Assembly: GCA_963752515.1 (NCBI GenBank)
Contig: CAVVYO010000007.1
Span: 112,660 to 176,659 of the forward strand
Length of the DNA stretch: 64,000 nucleotides
Direction: 5' to 3'
Source: Candidatus Glassbacteria bacterium
Lineage (GTDB): Bacteria; Gemmatimonadota; Glassbacteria; GWA2-58-10
Part shown: piece by piece, positions 36,949-49,400 of the stretch
Numbering within the stretch: position 1 is the first letter of the stretch
Layout: the number at the start of each line of letters is the position of its first letter
Notes under the pieces: generated by a model
Databases searched by the model: none
What the model saw: the letters and a program-made list of their open reading frames with translations, nothing else
What the model was told of the DNA's origin: nothing
Program-made: the position numbers and the translations under genes

Positions 36949-39900
36949 ATGTTCCTGCGCGGGATTTCCCCCCATGGTTCCGGGCGCAGGGAGGCTGGCG
37001 CGGCAGGATTTTGTGCCGTCTTCCTGGGCCGGATAAAGCGTATTGTCGGCACACCGGTCCTTCCGGCGCTGGTGGGCTTTTCGCTCCTGTTTTCCTCCCC
37101 GCTCCATCCCCAGACCTACCCTTTCCAGACCTACACCGGCAGCCAGGGCTTCCCCCGGACCTCGATCCTCAGCCTGTTCCAGGACTCGCGGGGCTACCTC
37201 TGGTTCGGCACCTGGAACGGCCTGTACCGTTTCGACGGCGCCGAGCTGGCGGCTTTCGAGAAGCAGGACGGGCTGGGCCACAACTCGGTCTGCTCGATCG
37301 GCGAGGACCGCCGCGGCCGGATGTGGTTCGGCACGGTCGGCGGCGGGGTGAGCTGCCTCGAGGCGGGCCGCTGGCAAACCTTCACCACCCGGGATGGGCT
37401 GGCCAGCAATCATGTCCAGTGCATCGTCCAGGACCGTCGCGGCCGGCTCTGGTTCGGCCACTACGAGCAGGGGCTGAGCTGCCTGGAGGACGGGCGCTGG
37501 AGCACGATCACCACCGCCGGCCCGCAGGGTCCGCCCATCAAGGATGTCCGTTCGATGCTGGAGGACAGCCGGGGCAACCTCTGGATCGGCACCGCCGGCG
37601 AGGGAGTGTTGCGCTACGATGGCAGCCGCTGGCAGGTGTTCACCACGGCGGATGGCCTGGCCGGCAACCATGTGATGCACCTGTCGGAGGATCGCCGCGG
37701 CCGGATCTGGTTCGGCACGGATGCCGGGTCGAGCTACTACGACAACGGGCGCTGGCGCAGTTTCACCTGCCGGGATGGGATGGTGGACTGCCGGGTCGAT
37801 TGCATCATCGAGGACCGGGACGGCAACCTCTGGTTCGGCACCCGTCGCGGCGTGACGCGTTACGATGGCCAGGGATTCAGGACTTTCACCCGTGAGGATG
37901 GGTTGGCTCGGGACCACGTCCGCACCATGCTCCAGGATGCCGAGGGCAACCTCTGGTTCGGCACGGTCGGCGGCGGGCTGTCCCGGCTGGGCCCCTCGCC
38001 GTTTCTCAACTATACCAAGCGCGATGGGCTCGGGGATGACATGGTGATCACTGTCCTCGAGGACCGCCAGGGCAACCTCTGGGTCGGCACCTACGGCGGG
38101 GGGCTGAGCCGGATGACCCCGAATGGCCGCTGGACCACTTTTACCGAGCGCGATGGGCTGGCCAGCAACTACATCCGCTCCCTGTACGAGGACAGCCAGG
38201 GACGGCTCTGGTATGGGACCTACCAGTTCGGGGCCGGCTTCTTCGACGGGGGCGGCTGGAAGCTGGCCGGGCCCGGCAACGGCATGGAGTACCAGGACGT
38301 GGTCTGCATCTTCGAGGATCGGGAACGCCGGCTGTGGTTCGGGACCTCCCGCGGAGCGTTCTGCCTGGATCAAGGTCGCTGGAGTACCCTCACCACCCGG
38401 GAGGGTCTGGCCCACAACACGGTTTATTCGATCCGGCAGGACAGTGCCGGCGCCCTCTGGTTCGGCACTTTCGGCGGAGGGGTGAGCATCCGGGAGGGTG
38501 ACCGCTGGCGCCACCTCACGGAGCAGGATGGCCTGCTCAGCGACTTTGTCCAGGTGCTCTTCCAGGCGCGCGACGGCAGCCTCTGGATCGGCGGCGAGGG
38601 CGGGGTCTCCCACTACACCACCGATGGCCGCTTCGTCAACTACACCGCCCGCGAGGGATTTGTCGGCAACACCTGCAGCGCGATTGTCGCCGATGACTAT
38701 TACCTCTATTTCGCCAGCAACCTCGGGGTCAACCGCTGGGATGGCGAGAGCTTCAAGAGCTTCTCCAGCCGGGATGGCCTGGCGGGAGATGAGCTCAACA
38801 AGGGCTCCTGTTTCCACGACAGCCGCGACCGGTTGTGGTTCGCCACCTCGACCGGCCTGTCCTGCTTCGAGCCCGAGCGCTACCGGCCCAACCTCATTCC
38901 GCCGCCGGTTTACATCAACCGGGTCAGCGGCCCGGAAGGCCAGGGCTACGGCCCCTCCAGCCGCCTCGGCCACCGTCGTAACGACCTGACGTTCGATTAC
39001 TCCGCGGTCTGCTTCACCTCCCCGGGGGCGCTGGTCTACCATTACCGGCTCCAGGGCCACGACCCGGACTGGCAGACCACCCGCGCCCGGAGCATCCGTT
39101 ACGCCAGCCTGCCCGGCGGAGAGTACCGCTTCCAGGTCCGGGCGGTCAACACCGATGGGGTCTGGAGCAGCGCCGCGGCCGAGTTCGATTTCTACATCGA
39201 GCCCCCGTTCTGGGAAAGCTGGTGGTTCCTGCTCTGCGGCGGATCGCTGCTGGTGGGTCTGGTGTTCGCCGGGGCCGGCCAGTGGTACCGCCGCCATAAC
39301 CGGCACCACCTCCAGGAAAAGGAGGAGGAGCTGACCCACATCCGCCTGGACAACCTGGAGCGCCGCCGCTCCGAGGCCGCCCTGCTCGAGGAGCGCGGCA
39401 AGCTGAGCCTGCTGCTCCAGCACGAGCGCCTGCTGTCGCGCATCGCCGCCCGGCTCAACTCGGCCGGCTCGTTCGGGGATATCCTGCAGGAACTGCTGGA
39501 GGAACTGGGACGCACGGTCTCGGCTGAGCACCTGAGCTTCTTCGAGCTGGCCGGCCGGCCCTCCGGAGAGCGGCGGCTGGCGCGGCTGGCCTGCTGGTGC
39601 CCGGGCAATGGCTGCCGCTGCCCGATCGAGCTCGATCCGCCGGCGGCCGGCCGCCTGCTCGAGCGGCTCCGCGCCAGCGGCTATGCGGTGCTGGTCGAGG
39701 AGCCGAGCACCAATGGCGGCCGGGGGCTGATCGGCTGCGAGGTCGGCGACCGCTGGGGACTGGTGGCCCCGCTGGCCCTGGATGGCGACCTGCGCGGGCT
39801 GTTCTGCTGCTGCCGCCCCGGACGCCTGGCCTGGAGCGAGAACGAGCTCGAGCTCTGGCGGACGGTCTCACACCTGATCCTCGGCGCCTGGGAGCGCCAG

Positions 39901-40695
39901 CTCCAGTTCCAGGCCCTGCTGGAGGCCGAGAAGAATCGGGCCGAGGCGATCCAGCTGGCCGAGCAGGCCGGGCGTCTGGCCTCGATCGGCGAGCTGGCGG
40001 CCGGGATCACCCACGAGATCCTCCAGCCGCTGACCACGATCAATTTCGCGGTCAACCGCCTGATCTACTGGCACAAGAGCAACGAGGGGGTGCTGCCGGA
40101 GGCTTTCGCCGGCCGGCTGCAGAAGATCTCTTTCGGCGTGGAGCGCATCGACCACATCATCCAGCACATGCGCTCGTTCTGGGATTCCCCGGGCCAGGAG
40201 CCGGATCGGCCGACCGATCTCAACCAGGCGGTCGAGGCCGCGCTGTCGCTGATCGGCCGCCAGCTCTACGCCCACGGGGTGAACCTGCAGGTGAGCCTGT
40301 CCCCCGCCCCGCTGACTGTCGACAGCCAGTCGATCCGGCTCGAGCAGGTGGTGATCAACCTGACGGTCAATGCCATGCACTCGCTGGATTCCCGGGGCGG
40401 GTCGCAGGAGAAGCGGCTGGAGATTTCCACCTTTATCGAGGAGGGCCAGGCGGTGCTCGAGATGCGCGACAACGGGACCGGGGTGCCGGCCGAGGCCCTG
40501 CCCCGGATTTTCGATGCCTTTTTTACCACCAAGCGGCCGGGCGAGGGCACCGGCCTGGGCCTGGCGATCGTCCGGCGCTTTGTCGAGAAGTGCGCCGGGA
40601 CTATCGCCGTGGCCAACAACGAGAGCGGAGGCGCCGTCTTCACCGTGCGCCTCCCGATCGCCGCCGCGGTGCGGCCCCACTCGGACCGGGGGTGA
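36949..40695 (+). CDS. Ligand-binding sensor histidine kinase with two-component regulator propeller (Reg_prop repeats, Y_Y_Y), TM, GAF-like segment, HisKA, HATPase_c
   Basis: About 12 repeats of the RGxLWFGTxxGG type; TM WWFLLCGGSLLVGLVFAG; H-box GELAAGITHEILQPLTTI; ATPase GTGLGLAIVRRFVEKCAGTIAVANNESGGAVFTVRLP (paralogous to C-terminus of 837-4091). Confidence 0.85.
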   Translation: MFLRGISPHGSGRREAGAAGFCAVFLGRIKRIVGTPVLPALVGFSLLFSSPLHPQTYPFQTYTGSQGFPRTSILSLFQDSRGYLWFGTWNGLYRFDGAELAAFEKQDGLGHNSVCSIGEDRRGRMWFGTVGGGVSCLEAGRWQTFTTRDGLASNHVQCIVQDRRGRLWFGHYEQGLSCLEDGRWSTITTAGPQGPPIKDVRSMLEDSRGNLWIGTAGEGVLRYDGSRWQVFTTADGLAGNHVMHLSEDRRGRIWFGTDAGSSYYDNGRWRSFTCRDGMVDCRVDCIIEDRDGNLWFGTRRGVTRYDGQGFRTFTREDGLARDHVRTMLQDAEGNLWFGTVGGGLSRLGPSPFLNYTKRDGLGDDMVITVLEDRQGNLWVGTYGGGLSRMTPNGRWTTFTERDGLASNYIRSLYEDSQGRLWYGTYQFGAGFFDGGGWKLAGPGNGMEYQDVVCIFEDRERRLWFGTSRGAFCLDQGRWSTLTTREGLAHNTVYSIRQDSAGALWFGTFGGGVSIREGDRWRHLTEQDGLLSDFVQVLFQARDGSLWIGGEGGVSHYTTDGRFVNYTAREGFVGNTCSAIVADDYYLYFASNLGVNRWDGESFKSFSSRDGLAGDELNKGSCFHDSRDRLWFATSTGLSCFEPERYRPNLIPPPVYINRVSGPEGQGYGPSSRLGHRRNDLTFDYSAVCFTSPGALVYHYRLQGHDPDWQTTRARSIRYASLPGGEYRFQVRAVNTDGVWSSAAAEFDFYIEPPFWESWWFLLCGGSLLVGLVFAGAGQWYRRHNRHHLQEKEEELTHIRLDNLERRRSEAALLEERGKLSLLLQHERLLSRIAARLNSAGSFGDILQELLEELGRTVSAEHLSFFELAGRPSGERRLARLACWCPGNGCRCPIELDPPAAGRLLERLRASGYAVLVEEPSTNGGRGLIGCEVGDRWGLVAPLALDGDLRGLFCCCRPGRLAWSENELELWRTVSHLILGAWERQLQFQALLEAEKNRAEAIQLAEQAGRLASIGELAAGITHEILQPLTTINFAVNRLIYWHKSNEGVLPEAFAGRLQKISFGVERIDHIIQHMRSFWDSPGQEPDRPTDLNQAVEAALSLIGRQLYAHGVNLQVSLSPAPLTVDSQSIRLEQVVINLTVNAMHSLDSRGGSQEKRLEISTFIEEGQAVLEMRDNGTGVPAEALPRIFDAFFTTKRPGEGTGLGLAIVRRFVEKCAGTIAVANNESGGAVFTVRLPIAAAVRPHSDRG

Positions 40696-40698
40696 TGC

Positions 40699-42165
<1,467 letters not shown>

Positions 42166-42465
42166 GCGGATTCCCGCCACCGCTGACCGCAGCGCGACGC
42201 CCCGGCCCCCCGGGGCGTCGGCGTTTGGGCTCCCGCCGCAGCTGGCTGGTTCTGCACGTTGGTTGAAAATATTTGGTTGAAATTATCCAATTGGTTATTG
42301 ACAACCACTTCCCTCCGCTCGAATGAACCGCGTAAATCCATCCGCAGCACGTAATTGCAGGGGTGTTGCTTCCTGGCATCATTATTGGATAAGAAAATAG
42401 CGACTGCAACAGGGTTCTCCCCCCCTGCCGGGCAGAATTGCGCCCGGAGGACTACGGCGGATGCG

Positions 42466-42858
42466 ATGCCTAATCGACTGAATGTGATGCTGATCGAGGA
42501 TGACCAGGAAGTGCTGGAGAGTCTGGATTTCACGCTCGACTCTCTGGGGTTTCGCACCGCGGCGTTTCTGGACCCGCGCGAGGCGATCCGCGCTTATTTC
42601 CGCAACCATTACGACCTGGTGATCACCGACTTGAAGATGCCCCAGCTCGATGGTCTGGGGGTGTTGTGCGCGTTGCGCGGGGGCGATCCCCAGGCGCGGG
42701 TGATCATCATCAGCGGGGCGCTGGAGAGCGGGAGCCGGGAGAAAGCCCGCCAGGCCGGGGCGGTGTGTTTCCTGCGCAAGCCATTGTTGGATATCGAGGC
42801 TTTTGTCGACCTGTTGGCCGGGATCGAGCAGGCGGTCAACCAGGCGGCCGAAGCTTGA
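42466..42858 (+). CDS. Standalone CheY-like receiver domain protein
   Basis: MPNRLNVMLIEDD...VITDLKMPQLDG; 130 aa. Confidence 0.7.
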   Translation: MPNRLNVMLIEDDQEVLESLDFTLDSLGFRTAAFLDPREAIRAYFRNHYDLVITDLKMPQLDGLGVLCALRGGDPQARVIIISGALESGSREKARQAGAVCFLRKPLLDIEAFVDLLAGIEQAVNQAAEA

Positions 42859-43212
42859 CTGGAAAGCTCCCCGAACGGAACGCAGCGTCCTCCCTGAAGT
42901 TGGGTTTTCGTACGGGGTCGGGAAAAGGCGAAAGGAAGGCAGGCCCAAGCCGGCCAATTGAAGCCTGACCGATTAGCCTTTTCCCACTTTTTGTGATTTG
43001 AGGCGGCCGGGAAGCGGTTGCCTGAGCGGTTTTGGCATGGGGGAGCGGAGCAGGCTCCCCATCACCCGCACGCGAGGGAGGGCCGGCGATGGCGTGAACC
43101 GATTCAGGAGTTGCTGCACTTCCGTTCCACAGCGATTCGGAGGTCACGGGAACATAATTGCCAAGTCTGATTCGTCTTTTTTTGGTTGCCAAGCAGATCC
43201 TTGGGAGGATCT

Positions 43213-46200
43213 ATGTCCAAGTTTGTTAAATTGTTAGGTTTGATGGCCCTGGTTGTGGCCTTGTGGGCCACGGCGGCCCTTGCCCAGCTTTCCACCTCCA
43301 AGATCGAGGGCACGGTCCGCGACAAGGACACCGGCCAGCCGCTGGCCGGCGTACAGGTGGTGGTCGAGGGCACGCGGCTGGGTAATGTCACCAATGATGA
43401 TGGTTATTATTTCATTCTGAACGTCCCGCCGGGACGGCGTGGGATCACTTTGACCTTTACCGGCTATCAGAAGACCACCATTTCTGATCAGCTGATCCTG
43501 GCCGGCCAGACCGCGACGGTCAACGCCACCCTCAGCTCGACCATTGTCGAGTTGCAGGGGATCACCGTGGCGGCGACCGCCGAGCCGATGGTGCCGCGTG
43601 ACAACACGGTGACCAAGGCTCGTCTGACCACCGACCAGATGGCGGAGATTCCGGCCACGCGGCTGGAGGACATGCTGACGCTCGAGGCCGGCGTGCAGTT
43701 GGGCGGCCCCGGCGCGATGGCCCGCGGGCTGCGCATTCGCGGCGGCCGGTTGGGCGAGGAGGCGATGGTGGTGGACGGGGTGACGGTGCGCAACTACAGC
43801 GCCGACCCGTTCCGCAGCGGCCTGGGCTGGGTCTGGGAGCAGGAGGAGGGCTCGCTCAGTCAGGATGCCACTCCGCTGGAGTTCTCCACGGCCGGCGTGG
43901 AAGAGGTCGACATCATCACCGGCGGCTTCCAGGCCGAGTATGGCAACGCCCAGTCGGGCATTGTCAATGTCGTCACCAAGGAGGGCTCGGCCCGCTACGA
44001 GGGCAACGTGCGCCTGATCAGCGACCAGCTCAACCCACGCACCTCGGACTTCGGCTACAACCAGCTGCAGACCTCGGTGGGCGGGCCGGTGCCGCTGATC
44101 AAGAACTTCTACTTCAATGTTTCGGGCGAGCTTCAGGGCGAGGCCGACCGCACCCCGACCCATGCCGATGCGGGCTTCCGCGGGATCAACCAGACCTTTG
44201 TCGACCGGCTCAACAATGCGGTGCGCAACGACCCGGTCTTCGGCAACCAGATGCCGGCCTTCACGCTGGAGCAGTTCCAGCTGGGGCGTGAGTTCTACGC
44301 CAGCAAGACCGGGGCCAGCGCCGCGCTGTGGCAGCCGGGCAACCCGGTGCGCCAGCCCGACAACTGGGCCGATCGCACCATTACCACCGGCAAGCTGACC
44401 TACTACCCGTTCCAGGGCCTCAAGCTGCTGAGCTCGATCAACTTCTCGCGCAGCCAGAACGCCTACCCGACACGCAGCAACGGCGATTATTTCTGGACCG
44501 GGCAGATCGATGAGAGCACCCTGCCCAGCCGCGATTTTGCCGAGTGGAAGGGCGACTATATCGGCGAGGACGGGCTCTGGCACGGCTACATCCCGCAGAC
44601 CTACGGGCGGCGGGTGCGCACCAGCAACATGCTGGTCGGCGCCGACTGGGACTTTCTGCAGAGCGCCGAACGCAGCGCCACCCTGCAGTTCCGTTTCAGC
44701 CGGATGAAGACCCAGGAAATCGGCAGCTCGAGCCTGAAGGACAACTATGTCCGCTCGGACAAGACGCTGGGCTCCTGGTCGGCTCACGACATCCCGTTCG
44801 AGCTCGACGTTTTCCCGAACAAGGACCTGCCGCTGGACAACACCCCGGAAGCCGAGCTCTATTTCCCCAACGGTGAGGGTCCCTGGCAGCGCAGCTGGGA
44901 CATCGAGTATCCCTTCAAGCTGATGCGCGACAACGACCTGTACTGGCTGAGCTACTTCTATACCCGGGAGTGGCAGGACAACTACAAGGCCGATGTCGAC
45001 TTCCAGTGGAACCGCTTCAACCGCGCCAAGACCGGCGTGCAGTACTCGGACTTCGCGAACAACCGCTATGAGTTGCATAACATGGTCCGTCGGCGTGACC
45101 TGAACAACGAGTTCCGGTACCAGCCGACCATCCTGTCGGGCTACCTGCAGAACCGCACCGATCTGGGCGACTTCGTCTTCAACTACGGGTTGCGCTTCGA
45201 CCGCTTCGACCCGGTCGACAACTGGGGCCTGCGCAGCGGCGACCAGTGGGGGGAGAATTTCTTCCCGACCGTGCTCAACGAGTGGAGCCCGCGGTTCGAT
45301 GTGGGCTTCCCGGTGACCGACAAGGCGCAGATGCGCTTCAGCTATGGAGTGTTCAGCCAGCTGCCGAGCTTCAGCTTCATCTTTGACGGCAGCAACCCCG
45401 GCGGGCTGGAGTACAGCCGCACCGACGCTTTCGAGGCCGGGATGAGCTACATGCTGAGCGACGACATGGTGCTGGACCTGGTGACCTACTACCGCGATGT
45501 CGATGGCAACGTGGCCAGCAAGGAGTTCTTCCGCGACTACCAGCAGTGGCACGAGGAGCGGCGGGTTCGCGACTGGACCACCGGTTACAGCAACAAGGAC
45601 AACGGCAACATCAAGGGGATGGACCTGACCCTGCGGCGCCGTTTTGCCAACAATTTCGCCTTCAGCATGATCTACACCCTGCAGTTTTCGCGCACGACCG
45701 GCAGCCAGTACGGCACGACCTCGCAGTGGAACGTGTTCATCGACCCGGCCACGGGCGAGACGTTCACTCCGCCGGATGAGCTGCGGCCGATCGATGGCGA
45801 CCGCACCCACGTGCTGAGCACCAACCTGAACTACATTTTCCCGGCGGATTTCCAGGCCGGGACGATGACCAACACGATCCTGCGCAACGTCGGGGTGACC
45901 GGGGTGTTCCGGTTGTTGAGCGGCCAGCCGGCTTATGACCGCATCGTCAACAGCGGCTCGACCTATCATCTGAACGCCTTCGAGGACGTCACCTACCTGA
46001 CGCGCCGCGATGGGCGTCCGATCGGCGGAGTCAACTACTTCCGCGGCCGTTGGGACTACAACCTGGACCTGCGGCTCACCAAGCGTCTGCAGGTGGGCGG
46101 CACGCGGCAGGTGTCGGTCTTCAGCGAGATCGCCAATGTCTTCAACAAGAAGTACCCGACGCCTTATCCATCGGGCTACAACTACGAGGGTTACTTCCGC

Positions 46201-46413
46201 GGTCCGGGCGGCGGTCAGGAGCTGGTCTGGAGCGATGCGCTGAGCCCGGAGCAGAAGGTTTACTTCAATGGCGACTTCAACCAGGACGGCCGGCTGTCGC
46301 TGGAGGAGCAGGCCAAGGTGGTGATGGCCCAGTCGATGCTGACCGGCACGATGGACAAGAGCCAGTACGGCATCGCCCGGCACGTGCGGATGGGGTTGGA
46401 GTTCAGTTTCTGA
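43213..46413 (+). CDS. SusC/RagA-like TonB-dependent outer-membrane receptor (carboxypeptidase-regulatory-like domain + plug + barrel)
   Basis: GGGAGG RBS; signal MSKFVKLLGLMALVVALWATAALA; CarbopepD_reg-like N-domain (KIEGTVRDKDTGQPLAGVQVVVEG..NDDGYYFI); C-terminal aromatic terminus ..RMGLEFSF. Confidence 0.85.
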   Translation: MSKFVKLLGLMALVVALWATAALAQLSTSKIEGTVRDKDTGQPLAGVQVVVEGTRLGNVTNDDGYYFILNVPPGRRGITLTFTGYQKTTISDQLILAGQTATVNATLSSTIVELQGITVAATAEPMVPRDNTVTKARLTTDQMAEIPATRLEDMLTLEAGVQLGGPGAMARGLRIRGGRLGEEAMVVDGVTVRNYSADPFRSGLGWVWEQEEGSLSQDATPLEFSTAGVEEVDIITGGFQAEYGNAQSGIVNVVTKEGSARYEGNVRLISDQLNPRTSDFGYNQLQTSVGGPVPLIKNFYFNVSGELQGEADRTPTHADAGFRGINQTFVDRLNNAVRNDPVFGNQMPAFTLEQFQLGREFYASKTGASAALWQPGNPVRQPDNWADRTITTGKLTYYPFQGLKLLSSINFSRSQNAYPTRSNGDYFWTGQIDESTLPSRDFAEWKGDYIGEDGLWHGYIPQTYGRRVRTSNMLVGADWDFLQSAERSATLQFRFSRMKTQEIGSSSLKDNYVRSDKTLGSWSAHDIPFELDVFPNKDLPLDNTPEAELYFPNGEGPWQRSWDIEYPFKLMRDNDLYWLSYFYTREWQDNYKADVDFQWNRFNRAKTGVQYSDFANNRYELHNMVRRRDLNNEFRYQPTILSGYLQNRTDLGDFVFNYGLRFDRFDPVDNWGLRSGDQWGENFFPTVLNEWSPRFDVGFPVTDKAQMRFSYGVFSQLPSFSFIFDGSNPGGLEYSRTDAFEAGMSYMLSDDMVLDLVTYYRDVDGNVASKEFFRDYQQWHEERRVRDWTTGYSNKDNGNIKGMDLTLRRRFANNFAFSMIYTLQFSRTTGSQYGTTSQWNVFIDPATGETFTPPDELRPIDGDRTHVLSTNLNYIFPADFQAGTMTNTILRNVGVTGVFRLLSGQPAYDRIVNSGSTYHLNAFEDVTYLTRRDGRPIGGVNYFRGRWDYNLDLRLTKRLQVGGTRQVSVFSEIANVFNKKYPTPYPSGYNYEGYFRGPGGGQELVWSDALSPEQKVYFNGDFNQDGRLSLEEQAKVVMAQSMLTGTMDKSQYGIARHVRMGLEFSF

Positions 46414-46494
46414 GGACCGCCGTGCCGGTGGCAATGTTTTCATGATCCGGCGATGCGGTTATTCTCTCAGCAGGCATCATACAGGAGTAACCAC

Positions 46495-49400
46495 ATGCTC
46501 GACAGACAGTTTTTGATCAAGCTGATGGTTGTAGCCCTGCTGGTGGCGGTCGCCCAACCCGCCCGGGCGGAGTTGAAGAGCCACGTGTCATCCAAGGGCA
46601 ACAACATCGGGTTTGCGGTCCGCGTCGGTTTCGGCGGCCCGTTCAATACTTATGATGACAGTCATCAGTTTCCGCGCGGCTCGGGGAACATGTACACCTA
46701 CGGCCGCTGGCAGTGGGGCGTGAACGTGGCGCGTGACCTCGACGGCGATGGGACGCCCGAGGACACGATGACCAACCGTTCCCGTAACGGCACGTGGGAG
46801 GGCCAGCGCCAGTCGCTGGAGTTCGGCGATGAGCTGGCCGCGGCCGCGGCCGCCGGCGAGCGCATGAGTGAGTTTTCCGGCCGGATCACCAGCAACCGGG
46901 TCTGGACCTCGACCGACGCCGACGATCTGGCCGACTGGCCGGTGGAGTTCCGCGCGGGCCGGAGCCCGAGCGGCGAGCCGATCCTGCACGGGGCCGAGAC
47001 GATCGTCTGCATGCTGGGCAACGCCTTTACCGAGAGCCAGGATGCGGTGGGCGCCTCGATCGAGGTTCGGGCGCATTTCCTGAACTTTGCCGAGTCGAAC
47101 AACATGGTGTACGCGCACGTGTTCTTCCAGAACATGTCGGAGTACATCAAGTGGAACTTCAACCAGGACGTGCGCGCCCTGGTGGCCAACACCCCGGACG
47201 GGCAGGTCTGGCAAGGGGTGCAGATGGTCTACGGCTATGGCAACGGCTGCTATTCCGGCAGCGGCAACGACGAGGCCTGGCTGTACTACTACCCGATGGG
47301 AATCATCGCCCACTGCGATGCCAACGGAGTGGAGAGTTCCTTCACCACTAACCCGGCGGCGGTGGCGGCGATGCACTTCGAGAACCCGAAGTGGAACGGC
47401 CAGGAGATGAAGTTCACCAACGCCATGGCCCACCGCTGGAACTCGGAGTTCGGCGGCCCGACCCCGCTCGAGGTGCTCGAGGGCGGCCACAATACCGGTG
47501 TGGGCTACCGCTACGGCAACGGTAAGTACGATCCCTACGCTCCATCGGCGTTTTTGGTGGGTTACACCAGCCCCTGGACCGGTGGCACGCTTTACGGTTG
47601 GCCGGGAGTGCTGGAGCCGGGTGACCCGCGCTACAATCAGTGGATCTGGGGCACCAAGAACAACCAGAACTCCTACAACTTCTGGAGCGAGTTCAAGGAC
47701 TTCGCCCCGCGCGACAGCTTCAGCGTGGACTGGGTGGCCGCTTTCGTCATGCCGGCCAGCCCGCCGTATGCTTTCCCGCAGTCGGTGATCGCTGAGATCG
47801 ACAATCCCAGCGTGCAGACCCAGATGCAGCCGATCATCGACTACATGAACGTGGCGCGGATCGTGCGCGATGGCGGCTTCATCCTGCCGGAGACGCCGAC
47901 CCCGCCGCCGTTGACGATCATCCCCGGTGACAAGCAGGTGACGATCACCTGGAGCGATGTCAACCTCAACACCCCGGATGCCTACTATGGCTTCCTGCAG
48001 CAGTATCCGGAGCTGGATCCCGATGGGCGTTACCGCCAGTACGACTTCGAGGGCTACCGGCTTTACCGCAGCTTTGTCGGGCCCAGCGACTCGCACAGCA
48101 AGCTGCTCTGGGAAGGCAGCCTGAGTGGCGAAAACCTCCAGTTCTACTATATCGACACCCAGGCCAAGGACGAGCCCTACTACCGGATGCAGAACGGGAT
48201 GCACGTCTGGTATGCCCTGGTGGCGTATGACCGGAACGTGGACCCGGTCACCCAAGTGGAGTTCAGCCTGCCGGATGCCACCAGCGGCAAGACCTGGAAC
48301 CGCCCGGCGAGCGCTCCGCTGTTTACGGTGGAGGCCCGCAGCAATGCCAGCAACTTCCGTGCGGCCACTTTTGGCAGCGTGCCTACACCCCCTTCCACGG
48401 CGGCACCCTGACCGAGGGCGCCAGTACCGAGCTTCGCGGCGACGGCAGCGGCAAGCTGCTCGATGCCCCGAAACTGCTGGCCCCGATGTTGAGTTTCGAG
48501 CTGGATGCGATCACCAGCGAGAAAATCATGCGGACCAGACCGTGATGCTGGTTTGCACCGGGATGGAAAGCTTCGACTTCGGCGGCTGGAACTGGCCGAC
48601 CGGGACCCGCGGCTTCGAGCTGCAGACCAGCAGCGGCGCAGGATCAGCAATCCCGCCGCTGGTGCGGGGCATTCACCAGGAACGGTGGCGCTGCCAGCAG
48701 TGAGCTGGTGGTCCACGGCCCGGTGGACACGCCGAGGGTGCGGCCTATGCGCTGAAGACCACGATCGAGGGCCTGGCCCATGGCGATGCCGAGGCCAACC
48801 TGTACAATGACGTCAACGCCGGCGGCTACGCCGGGGCGACGATCGCTCCGGCTCGCTACCGCTGCGGCGCGCAACTGGCTCGGCGCCCCGAGACAACATG
48901 GGCTGGGTCACCAGCGCGCAGTTCAGCCTGACCTGGGGCACCGCCAATGGCGAACTGACCGTGGCGGTCAAAAACCTCACCACCGGGCCGTGCCGTTCGG
49001 CCAGTACCCCGATGACTTAGGCTGGGGCATCGCTCCCGGCGCGATCATCGGCACCCTGGGGTTCGGCCGAGCAACATCTATAACGAGCTGTCCCTGCCGC
49101 AGGCGGACCGTACCTTAAGCTGGTGCAGAGCCTGCCCGCGGACAACACCGAGGGATTCGGGATCTGGGTCAACGGCATCTTCTGGGTGTTCAGCGACCTG
49201 ACCGCGATGCCGGCGCCGGCACGGTGATCACCATCGCCACCGTCTGGGGCAGCTGGAACGGCGGACCAGACCATCTTCACCCAGGAACCCGATCCGCCGT
49301 TCACTGGCGACAAGTGGACCATCCAGATCAAACCACGACTCTGAATGCCGAGGATGCCGACCTCAGCCAGATCAGGGTGGTGCCGAATCCCTACATGGCC

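Noticed and set aside
36913-39531. 872-aa ORF on minus strand
   Set aside because: Antisense to the propeller sensor kinase; the translation is featureless and stop-free only because of GC richness.
43234-46443. 1069-aa ORF on minus strand
   Set aside because: Antisense to the TonB-dependent receptor, whose frame has signal peptide, plug and barrel features.
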